A stretch of 64,000 nt of DNA from Utricularia gibba (Eukaryota > Plantae > Magnoliophyta). The stretch lies in the NCBI GenBank assembly GCA_002189035.1, contig NEEC01000011.1:372001-436000 (forward strand). The letters run 5' to 3'. Positions 24,080 to 35,898 of the stretch are shown here, piece after piece. Position numbers and translations under genes: made by a program. The stretch's first letter is position 1; each line of letters starts with the position of its first letter. The notes under the pieces are model-generated. The model had not been told where the DNA came from and searched no databases. It saw only the letters and a list, made by a program, of their open reading frames with translations.

Positions 24080-24720
24080 TTTTGCATTGAAATTTTCCAT
24101 TTCAAAAAACAATTGATACTTTTCTTGATCATAGTTTTCCAATATGCGTATTTTTCTTTGGTCATCTTTGTATCCAATATATGCCTTTTTCCTTCTACTT
24201 ATAAATCATTTTTAAGAGAAGTCATTCGTTGGATCTAACATCATCATAAGTTCCTCACGTCTCACCTTCTTAAGAGTATCATTCAAAGAGTCTAAATTAT
24301 TGTTGGTGAGGAATCCACATTGTGATTGCATGTCAAAAACGCACGACAATGGTTATGCAGATCAAAGGAGAAGCTTCTCATAGCTACTTCATTGTGCTTT
24401 CAAAAGATTTTTTGTAGTTGATTTCATAGTACCTATACTCTTCTCCTAAAAAAAGCCTTAAATAATTATAAAAAATATCTTCACATTTCGAAGGCTAGAT
24501 CACTTTTCTCTTTGAAGTTATCCTAAAAGTATTTTCATCTTGGTCACTAATTCCATAATCCCTTGCTTTAAGTCTTATAAACCATTTATAACTTTGATGG
24601 AAATCTCTTTCTACCACATCCCATGTAGAATTTGTAGCAATAAAGATTTTATCATTCAAAGTAGTCAAGATACGTGTGTCGTCTACGCAATTTACTCTAT
24701 AAGTGCATATAATGAAATTA
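24080..24720 (-). mobile_element. Second degenerate MULE transposase fragment
   Basis: Minus strand gives WDVVERDFHQSYKWFIRL..DYGI...NTF and CRAF..QSQCGFLTNNNLDSLNDTLKKVR..MMMLD, matching the MULE core and the NNxxESFN motif. Confidence 0.7.
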
Positions 24721-27321
24721 TTTCGATAATCCTATTCGAGAGAAAATTATGCTTAACACAAAATAGTATAATATATAATAAAATACAACTATATTTTATA
24801 AAAGAACTCAACATATTTTTGGACAAAAATAAACACCATCAAAATGTTATAGTCCATTTTTATCACCAAAATCCGTTGGGAGAAAATTTGGTTTTGTATA
24901 TAATTTACGTTTTGCGGTGCTCAAAATCAAAGGTCTTAAATGAACATAACAATTTATTTACTTGCCTTTTTCAGTACACTTCCTAGCTAATTACGCAAAC
25001 ATAGCCAAATAATTTTTCTCCATAGAAGAGAAGAATAAAAAATAAATACATGTATTTCGTGAATATAATATTGAATAATAAATACAGTACATACACAAAG
25101 GGACTAAATATATACTAAATCAAAACCTAACCATATGAGCATGACGATTGTCCATGCGTATCGTGTCTCTAATTAATTAGGAAATTAATAGTCATCTTTT
25201 CATGGCTTCAGTACTTAATTTACAATCAATTGTATCTTATCATTTTTCAAAAGTTTACATCATATTCATCTTAGGAGACAAAGACCATGCTTACACAATA
25301 AAAGAAACTATCAGTCACCTAAGAAGCAATAATATTGAAATAACTTAACACTCGATTTTCACATACACCACTAATTCTTGATTATTAAAAAATTAAATTT
25401 GGTTGTCGGTGTTTTTGAAAGCGTCTCTTTGCTTTTCATCCTACTCATCTAACTTCTGCGTTTGTCATATATTAATTAGGTTTTTCAACCTTTATGCTGA
25501 TAACGAGAAGATTCATCACCATTAGAATATACTACTGCAAACAAAAAAAAAACGTCCAATAAAAACAAGGCGATATAGCAATACAACTTGCTTTATTAAT
25601 ATGGTACCACTTGGATTTCATACAGCTTACAAAGTATAAGCCTCAACAAAAAACCATGAACATGTTTATGGATGTAAAGTCATCAACTAACTTTTTTTAA
25701 AAAAAACTAATAAAAATAGGATTAGAGTTAAGAACTCCAGAGTCAGTATAATTATCTATCAAAATAACATAATATGCATCTATTTGATTCTCATCCGAAC
25801 TCATGTTTTATAGTATACTTCCTCTAAATCTTTATTATACACAGATTTGAAACACTCTTTTCCATATTTCACATAAAAAAATGTAATGTAATTACAACTA
25901 ACCATGAAAAAAATGGAATTAAGTACAGCATAAGAATGAATTACACGCCTTTGAGTTTCTAGTTATATTGTATATATACCTAATCATTAAGTCTATCATG
26001 AATTTGATCAAATACTTTCAAGTTACGTTTACTACCTAAAGTTGAAATTGTTTGCTCGAGGAATTTGATTACTAATGTCTTCAATGCGGTGTACTTCCAC
26101 CAAAATATTTTCAACAGTCATTTATCAAATCAAAATTCATTAGAAAACCACAAAACTGTAAAACATATATATTGTTGTAGTGAGAAAAATTCTTTCTCAC
26201 AAACAGTCAAAAAATCTGGTCATTTTTTATGTACTTGTGGGCATTTATCGTGAGAAATAGAAAAACACAAGAGATGGTAACTTGAAAAATATGAAAAACC
26301 TCACACTAAATTAAAAATATCACAAAAAGCAAAGGAAGGATAATTGAAGGCTTCCTTCATGGTCGAAAATACAAGTTCGCTGATGACAAGTTCCTGCAAA
26401 GAGAAAGAGTACGGAAGAAGTAAGTTAGAGTATTCCAGTATTCAATTTTTTTTGTCCGGATGTCTCTCCTCCTTTTATCCTCATTGGAGGTATAGGTGTG
26501 CTTGGACATTTTTTTGGTCTGCTATGAGATGCCTTTTGACATTTTCTCGAAATGTCAACCTTTCTACTGCACCTCCTTCTTTGGATGATTTCTTGATAAA
26601 GAAATATTTTCAACTGATTTGGTGAGTGTAAGGAAGAAGGAGAAAAATCCAAAAGCGGAATAAAGTAACTCACTTTCAGGCTGACATGATGAGGCTTCCT
26701 GTCATCCAGTGTTTCTCTAGGTGCTGTGGAGGGTGTTTCATCACGTATCGTGGGTGTGCACGCTACATGGGATTCGTGATGGAGTGATTCTCATCAGTAG
26801 ACTTCATTCTAGTGCACTTATTAGGCATGGTTTTCACCACCCTCTGTAGGCATTTTTCCTTCGCTACTAATGATCCTATCAAACTTGGCTTCTTGTGGTT
26901 TATCCTCATCGTAGGTATAGCCGATTTTGTGCAGGAAGTGTCGCCGGCAATGAGATTCTGCCGACTCACAACTGTCAATCTGTTTCATCGGAGTCCTTTA
27001 AAACCAAAATGATGTATTCTATGAAAGAAATGTGAGAAGCATTTACAGCGATATGCGGTTAGCCTCAAGACACACAACCCAGAAGTAGACTTTTTGGAAT
27101 GACTACTACATACTAAGAAGAGAGATTGCACTGTGGCCTACTGGGGTGGAGTTCCAGGAATTCTACAAATAGCACACTACTACTTCTATCATTTAGAGTG
27201 GAGGAGGGAATTCATCATTCCCATCTACACAGTTTGTTTTCACCTTGATGTTCAAAGACAGTACAAACGAGGATCCCAACCATACCTTGTAATTCAGATG
27301 GAGAGGCACACCATCTAAATA

Positions 27322-28378
27322 TCACTCCGGCCCATCTGATCCTTTGGAGACTGAATGCCCATGACCATTTCCTGAACCAGGCTCCAGATGATGGCTTCCT
27401 CGCATGCCCATCAAAGTGGCTGCGTTTCCAAGTCCGTGCTGCATAGAAGGATGTAAACCATTGTTACCAGGACCTCCTACACCGAACTCCCCTTGCAATT
27501 TTTGCTGCTGTTGAAGCTGGAGGAAATGATTCTGCTGTTCCTGAGACCTGAGAGCATTGACCTGAAACGGCAGCTTAGACACCGCAGCACCAGTCTGCTG
27601 CAGCAACTTTGGACTCTGGAAGTGTACCATATTGGGATTTCCTTGTGCAACAACTGAATTAGCTGGTGTCTGAAAAAAATGTTTGCTGTTAGCAGCGAGA
27701 AAAGTTATGTCAACATTCCTTTTGGATAGGAATCACCTGTGAAGGCACTGAGGACTCTTGTGGCTGTGCATCAGCGATTGCAGCTAAATACATCAAATTT
27801 CTCTGAAGGATGGCCTGATATCTGGAACATTCAATAATCGCCAACATTTGAACCAAACAATCATTCCAGTGAACTGGAAACAAAACATCTAAATTTAACA
27901 AAAAGCTCACTGTGCACATTCAGCCACTTTTCCCATTTTTTGGCACTCTAAAATAGCCAGGATCAAGTTTTTATTCTCATCCAGGTGCTGCACCAAAATG
28001 ATCAACATCACAATCTGCCTTGTCGTTTAAGAAAGAGGTTCAAACGAATCCATATACTCAATCGAAATGCAACAAACCGCGAAACACGAAAATTGTCGAC
28101 CGACAAATCGAATATCAAACAGGGATGAGAAAAAAGATACAGCTCCAATCATCCAACATCTTAACAAACCAGCATCAAATATGTGAGCTTAGAAATTGTT
28201 CCAGAAGCCCAAGCTTCGTTCTCCTTTACAAGAGCTTCAACGAGCACACAAAAGCATAAGTAATTTCGCAGAAAGCAGTCTTTTTGCGAGCACTGACTAC
28301 CTTCTGAATCTGCTCGGTGGAGACGAGGCTGAGCGGCGATGGAGAAGCTGAACTCATCGCCTCCGCCGCTTGCTGCAT
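27322..28378 (-). CDS. GIF2: GRF-interacting factor (SSXT/SNH domain), GIF2/GIF3 type, 4 coding exons
   Basis: Exons 28301-28378, 27911-27987, 27737-27821, 27322-27669. Motifs TEQIQK-HLDENKNLILAILECQ, QYQAILQRNLMYLAAIADAQPQ and a Q/G-rich tail. GIF2 versus GIF3 not resolved. Confidence 0.92.
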
Positions 28379-28679
28379 TTTCTCTTCCCAGTTTTACCTC
28401 CTAATTTTCATATTTTTACCTGATTTTTACACTTTAAATAGTAAATATGCCATTGAAAAAAAAAGTCTAAAATAGAAAATACACGCAAAATTAGGGAAGC
28501 ACAAGGTCGGCCCAATAACGACATTGGGAGTGGTAGCCACTTTTATTTTTCAATTCCAATTCGAATACTTCACAACTTCGAAAACAGATTAGGTTAAATA
28601 TATATTACAAACAATATTCGATTGAACTATTTTCTTTAGATGATTAAGGTTCTATAATAATAAATACAATAATAACAAA

Positions 28680-29030
28680 GAAAACATTATAAAAAATAAA
28701 ATTAAATATAAAAAAATATAGTAAAACAATCATACGTCTTAAAACTTACACAACCAAAACTTCACAAAAGATCTGTAGTCGCAACTACCTACACATGAAT
28801 GTTTAATTTTAATATAAAAATAAATACAAAAATAAAAAAAGATAAAAAGAAAAATGGTCATATACATCTATTTTAAAGAATAGAATATTTATAAAAAAGC
28901 ATATCTAAGTATTATGTTGAACTTGTGGATTTAGATAAGATATTTTATTCTAATTTTTTTATCTAAATCTTCTGATATTATCTTTAAATATTTATCTCAT
29001 TCATGAATCTTGTACTAAATTATCATATTT
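28680..29030 (-). repeat. Highly AT-decayed fragment of the Athila family-1 LTR
   Basis: Aligns by eye to about 2170-2520 (for example AAAATGGTCA, TTATCTAAATCTT, CATGAATCTTG). Confidence 0.65.
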
Positions 29031-29937
29031 TAATCTATTGTGGGACCTTTGAGTGGAAATGAGGTATTCAAATGTACTTTATGATTTTTTTTTTGCAAAA
29101 TAGATGAGGTTTAAAAAAAGTTTGTGAAATATATGATATTTTAATTTTAATTTATAAAACAGATTAAATTTGATATATTTATTATAATATATTTTAATTA
29201 ATTTCATAACATTATTTTAGTCTAATTTAAATTTTTAAGGAATTAATATATTTATTATAATATTTTAATAATGCATTTTGTATTATTTGATTTTATTTTA
29301 TTAATCATGTACGATTATATAAATAAAAATAAAGCCATCCTTATAACGAAGAAATATTTAAATAAAAAAATTAAATTAATAAATGAAGTTATTTTACAAA
29401 TTAAAATAATCTATGTAGTAAAACATCAAATTAGGCATATGTAATATTAAAAAATATATTTTTTTTACATTATTATTTATTTATAAAACATTAAATATAT
29501 TAAATAAATTATTTTCTAAAATTCAAAATATATAAAATCAAACATTATCTATTCAATCAATCTTTTCTCAATCTCATCTATTTTAAAAATGAAGATAGAT
29601 AAATGTATTTAAATAACCTACGGACTCATAATGTTTTTAAATTGATTCGAAAATATTCTAAAAATATATTTTTCTTCAAAAATGTCAGATTAGTGTAAAG
29701 TATGCAAAATCACTTATCATAATATTATTGAAAGTTATGAAAGTTAAAAATTTCAAGTGTAAACACATTTAAAATTCACTGATTTAAAGAATTGTTCCAA
29801 ATAATAAATAATAATTGGGGTAAAATGCTCTACTCTTATAAGGAATGACGGCTTTTAATATTTTGTTATCCTTTTCTCGGCACATTTGGCCTCCGCCCTT
29901 GATTCTGCCGTGAAGGCCGACGTTTTCAGTTTCCAAT

Positions 29938-31333
29938 ATGGGGGAATCCAACCAAGCCGTCGTTGCGGCTCCAGTTTCTGAACAATCCGGGGGTGTTTTC
30001 GGCCAACAGGATAAGAATCCGATTACGTTTGTGCAGGCTAAGTTGAAGGAATTGGAGAGCAGTTTCAGGGTATGGCTCTCAAAACAGTCTTGGCCTGTTG
30101 AGGCGGCGGTCGTCACAGCAACAAGCAGTCTTCAAGGCGCTGCGATTGGCGGTTTAATGGGAACCCTCACGGGTGACATGAATTCCATGCTGACACCGCC
30201 GCCAAACGCTGCGGGTCTCAACCCGGATGCCGTTGCCTCTCTTCAACAAGCCAAGGTCTGCTTCTTTGTCTGCGCAATGATTGATTTTTTGGAGAGTTTT
30301 TGCGTATCCCTGAGGCTCTTGTCTGCCGGTGAATAGGCTCTTGCTGGAGGGCCTTTGATTCAAGCTCGTAACTTTGCTGTGATGACTGGGACTAATGCTG
30401 GCATTTCATGTGTCTTGAAGAGATTCAGAGGCAAGGAGGATGTTCAATCCAGGTTTGGCAGAGTTTAAAGCTGATTTTGAAGCATAAGTTTTTACAAATT
30501 TATCATCGTTCACGAATATCAGGATAGGAGCTTTTATTCCATAGAGCGTGGCATTATCAGTTTTTATACCACGCCTCAATAAATCATTTGTAAGTTGCCA
30601 TAAAAACTTGTAGGTGAAGGCGAAGTCCCTCCTTGTGCTTAACCAATTTGTTTCAATCATTATCCTTTTGGGGTTCTTACATACATGATTCCAGACTCCA
30701 GTTCACTCCAAATGTTTTTCGGCTTCATGTTTTCCAGCATGGCTGCAGCTTTTGGATCAGGCGCCATGTTTTCGTTGGTCAGTGGTATGGGAGGACCAAA
30801 TGTTGCACTCAACGCTGCTACTTCTGGCCTGTTTTTTGCAATTGTTCAAGGTGGTATTTACCAGGTTGGTGATACCACCACACACACATTTCCTAATGTT
30901 GATATCCGCCACCTCACTGAGCTTTTCATAATCGTTTATTGTTGGTGGATGGTGCAGTTGGGTCAGAAGTTCTCACAGCCACCCATCGAAGACGTGCACT
31001 ATGCAAAAACTAGAACAATGCTGAGCAGCCTCGGTTTGCAAAAGTACGAGAAGAACTTCAAAAAGGGCTTGCTCAATGACACTACTTTGCCTCTGCTAAC
31101 GGATAGGTAATGCCTCTTGCTAAATTTTACACACCACCATGGAATCCGTGAAAGGATGTCGCCGTCTAACTCGTGCTCAGTGCTCTGAGAGATGTCAACA
31201 TACCTCCTGGACCAAGACTTATCATTCTGGACCGCATTGGAAGGTAAACATGCTGTCTTGTTTCCACATGCTGGGAGCATATAATTGTTTTGGCATGGGT
31301 TGTTGCAGGGACAGCAGCCTCAATGGACGTTAG
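29938..31333 (+). CDS. HP30-2: HP30/TRIC-type Tim17/22/23 (PRAT) protein with C-terminal SAM domain, 6 exons
   Basis: Exons 29938-30255, 30337-30452, 30738-30864, 30958-31106, 31181-31243, 31309-31333. Motifs ALAGGPLIQARNFAVMTG, YEKNFKKGLL.D.TLPLLTDSAL.DV.IPPGPRL. Confidence 0.93.
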
Positions 31334-32719
31334 AAGGAACCTGAAGGATTAACCGAGAGAGGAGATCCGATGCACAGAAGGTCTCTGCATCAGTTTATGT
31401 TTACTGATAGAGTCGAGTGTCTTTCCATCCGTGACGCTGCATCAAACATCACATTCATTTTTTCCATAAAGTGGTTTCTTTTGCTTCTCCATTTTTATGG
31501 TACGAGCTGTGCTTTTTGATACCCGGGACGATTGGAATGGTAATCAGAAGGGAGTTACATGTTCATTCAGGGTTCAACTGACCCAACCATGATGAAAAAT
31601 GAATCTATGATTTATTTATGTTTTAAATATGTATATATTATTTGTTTGACAGTCATTTTTTTAATATATATATAATTTATGAAGCATTTACACAATTTTT
31701 TAAACTACGCTGTTCATAAACTTTTATCTTTTTTTCAATCAAATGTATCTAAACATTTATATTTATTTTAAATATATATGTGTTTATTTATCCATATAGC
31801 TAAACCCTTGATTATCTTCACATCCGGATATCCAAGTTCCCAATCAAATTTCTATGGATTTGCATATGTTGGTTCGTTTTTATGAAAAAGAAGGAAAATT
31901 GAAGATGTTTATGTTTATATCATAAAATATAATCGGAAAACTATGCAACGAAGTTCATAAGTATTTGTGAGAGTGGCATGGGACTAAATCCCTAAAAAGC
32001 TCTATAGAAAAACTTGACATCCTTGTTTGAAAAAATGCAGAGGTATGAGGTTGGAAGTTGAAGATCATGGCTTTCTCCTTCATTCACTCATGATTTTTTC
32101 CTTGTTCGTAGACTACCAGTGTTATCATACATATGACACCACCATATGACACTTTTAAAATGAGGAACTATTTGATGTGCATTGCAATATTCCTATGCTT
32201 CAAGGAATGGAAACATTTTTAGGGTTCATTTCATTTGTAGTTTTACATGAGTTTCAAGTTGACTTAAAATTTGTTCTATCATTTGATTTTTGGGTTTTGA
32301 GTTGAAATGACTTGATGTTGATACATCAAGTTGGAATCCACCTCTCTAGGGGTTTGGATAAATTGAGAGGAGGAAATTGATTCATCTAAACCTAACCTCT
32401 ACATTCTTATTCTACCCTTTGGTAAGCACTCAAGTTGAAGCAGATGCTTGATGGTGGTTGATTCATGAGGATGCAAGCTACATAAAGTAGGGAGATGTTG
32501 TCATGTTCGACTCTCGAAGTATGCATTCACCTTCTTTTATTCTTTGGTATAGATCTTCAAATTCAAGTTGGATAAAGCGGTATTAGACATTTTTTATACA
32601 GAAGTATAATTTGATGTTTTTGTTTGATAGCTTCTAAGAAAAATTTCAAAGAACTGAATGATTTGTAAAAGTATTCTCCAATTCCCCACATGCCAATTTG
32701 GGTGATTGGGAAGGATGAT

Positions 32720-34035
32720 TGATAAACGAAAACTTTGATGTTGTTGCAATAAAATCAAATTCTGTATCAAATAACTTTGTAAGCTTTAATTTTCATAAAA
32801 TATAAATTAAACACAAGATATATAGTAAAATTTCAAGGTCGTTCACAAGGATCAAGAGCTTCTTGTGTGTTTTAGTAGATACAAGTTCATAAAATACGTA
32901 GTACTCTTAGTCCAAGGTCAAACTAAGAGCAGTAGATAAGTTCAATAAGTAAAATCAAATCACAACATAGAAATTAACAAATATTGGTTCTAAGCACAAA
33001 GTAATACTAAGATGTCTCAAGATGGTATAGCTGATGTGTTACTAAAGTTTGTAATTTAATCTACAATATTTCTATACTCATCTGCGAAATATATAGAACT
33101 AGATCTACCTACCTCTAGTGGTTCTACCTAAGACTAGCACCTATTATCTTCACCTTGATTTATTGGTCTATCTCTAAATCAACCATCTAAATTGCGAAGC
33201 TATTCATTTCCTCCATTAGGTTTATCCGAGGAATGATAAAAATGAAAGTTAAGACACATTAATCAATTCTCTTATCAACCCTAGCCCCACATCACCATTA
33301 TACACCTTAAGTCATTCCTAAGTTTAACTATACATGTGTGGAAAATAAAGTATGATGTCATTAAGATAAAGTGGTGAAAAAATCAGAAACATTGTGAGAA
33401 AGTTAGTCATATAAACTAAAAATATTTAGCAAACAAAAATAAAGTAAAAATAGTTCTAATTCCCATTTGGTATTGTTCACAATCCAGAACAATAGCGTTG
33501 AACTGAGTCATGGTGATGTACTTTAAGTTGGAGAGTCTTCGTCATGAAAATCTCCTTCTTTTTTTTGGTTCGTCATTTTTTTGTTGAAGGAGCTCTACCT
33601 CTCTGCTCTTCATTCAAGCTCCCCGCCCCCCCCCCCTCCCCCACCCCTTCTCTTTCCTTCAAAATATCTTATCCTTTCATTTTCTAAAATAAGTACGGTT
33701 TCCTGAAAAGCATATTATTCCTATCTCAAACCCACAGTATGCTATCACAAAAGTGCACTCATTGTCTTCTTTTTTATGATGCTCCTCTTGCTACATGACT
33801 GCTACACGAAATCTTTGTTTTCTTCCCAAATTTGTAGAACTTGCTACTAGTTTCACAATTGGGTTAGAACATGGAGTGGGCTAAATCCAAGATTTAAAAC
33901 CATAAAATAAACACACAAAAATCATGTATTTCCTAAATTTTTATAGAATAATTAAAACCATAAAATAAACACCAAAATATGATTAAAAGATTATAATTTA
34001 CATAGCATAAAAATAGAAAAATTTGTATGCTATCA
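32720..34035 (-). mobile_element. Athila family-2 LTR, copy D (3' LTR of the adjacent Athila remnant)
   Basis: Same orientation and sequence family as copy A. Preceded on the minus strand by CTTGGGGACAAG, typical of the Athila pre-PPT region. Confidence 0.85.
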
Positions 34036-34454
34036 CATTATACTACAACGATTCTAGACTTGTCCCCAAGTCTTACCTAAGACTAACAGAGACTAACTTC
34101 CTCTACGTTATTGATGAACATAAACAACTTGGTATAATTTCCGATGCCTGAGCCATAGAAGTGATAGTGTGCATGTCAGGTTATCACTCAAATGTGCATG
34201 GACAGATTCCTCTTGAAGAGTGCATTCAAATATTTTCTTATCAAGTTGATTCATCCAAAATCACTTAGTAATAAGGTTTCCAACCTATTTTTTTTCTTCT
34301 TTTTCTCTCTTTTTTTTGCGGTAATGAAGGGGTAGCTTGTTCTAGACTAATCTGAGCATAATGTCATGGTCTTTTCTTTAAAAGAGTGTTGATCAAATGC
34401 TCACACCTTATAATACCAGACCTCCTCCTACTCCTCCGGATTAGTCTATCCCTA

Positions 34455-35898
34455 TGTTGGGTTTCTCGTAGACATCGTATGTCACAAAAGTAATGGAATT
34501 TAAAAAATTTTTAGAAACCCCCAACGCAGATCTTGGAATACGGTGTATATCAGATAAATGGATGTTGAAATACTTTTCAGAGGACTACGTTGTTCACCAA
34601 CCGTCAATAGTAGACGACTTCTATAGTATCCACACGTGAAGCACTCCGTTGATAACCTTATCAAGGCTGTAGAATGCTGGTCGATCTACTTAGATGCTAG
34701 TAGAGAAAATCGCTTCCTTGCGGATCAGTCTCAGAGAGCACAAAGATGTGTTTAGCAGATCTGTAGATCTAAATATTTTTTATAGATATTTGTTAACATA
34801 TCAAATCAAATCTCCGTAAAGATCTTGTCTTATGGAGATATGTATATGTTCCAAATCTTATCTATATAAGATTTTTTATTTTGAGTTTAATCAATATTAA
34901 TCTCAAAATAACTTTCTATTTAATTTATTCACCTTCCCAATTACATCTCATGTAATTGTGTCATTCTATTTTATATCCATGAATGACTCAACTATTGTGT
35001 GTGACCCTATAGGCTTCTTCAATCAAAGCCGTAATAATGGATTTATTAATTAACTCTTAATTAATCAAATCCATCATTATCGATCATGAGTGATGTCTAG
35101 CAACCTATCATGATCCCTAAGATTAAAGAATAATCAAGTGAACTAATTGAGCCTTTCCATGACCAGCCACCATGCGATGAACAACTTTTATCATACTAAT
35201 ATCTCATTCGATATCCGAACAAGGGTGTGTGTCTTTATGATGTATTGAACTTATAATTGCATTCAAACACTAACACTCAATGACCTACTCAAACAATTCG
35301 AGTGTCATTACCCTGGGCCCAGGATTTAATGATAGGCTTTGATGCAATTACTTGAAATATGATCTCATAGCTAATATGAGTGATGAATCTTTTATTGATC
35401 AATCAACTATCTCTAACCTTAAGGAGTCACATCCCTACTCATCCATACTAGGCAAGCCATGGTTAGGCTCCCATTAGTAATGAGCGAAAATGTGAGTTTA
35501 AGATCAAGATAACTTTTTTGACCTTAAGTCTAAGCTTACTTGCACGGCTGTCATATTCGAGATCTTGCTACTGACACTTGATTAGCTTCCCATAATAGCA
35601 TCTCGAAGATGAGTCATCCAGTGAATCGATTCTCTAATCGACACCCACACATAGGTTCTAGTAATCTGATTACATCAATTATGAGAACCATTGCCTAAAC
35701 AGTTTAAGGAACTCAATGTGTGCCAGCTTGAATATAAATGCTTGAAGAATCTCACATTATGATCTCATCATAATTTCTATAGCACATAGATTAAGTAGAG
35801 GATTTTATCAATGATATAAATTTGATTACTATCAAAGTCAATATTAAAAGATAATATTTTCAAATGAGTTGATTGTCTTTAAAACACATACACCAACA
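34455..35898. mobile_element. Solo LTR of a Ty1/copia (Angela-like) element
   Basis: TGTTGG...CCAACA termini and a perfect TSD CCCTA at 34450-34454 and 35899-35903. Lineage inferred from termini and length only. Confidence 0.9.

Noticed and set aside
26344-26625. 93-aa plus-strand ORF with weak retroelement-like words
   Set aside because: No consistent RT or integrase motif spacing; better explained as a predicted intron of a minus-strand transcript.
26687-26720. C-box-like ATGATGA inside a short TGACA...TGTCA stem (possible snoRNA)
   Set aside because: No D box at a suitable distance with a terminal stem, and no rRNA-complementary guide recognised.
31850-32719. Possible gypsy-derived fragment left of LTR D
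   Set aside because: Only scattered weak motif resemblance; cannot be assigned without a search.
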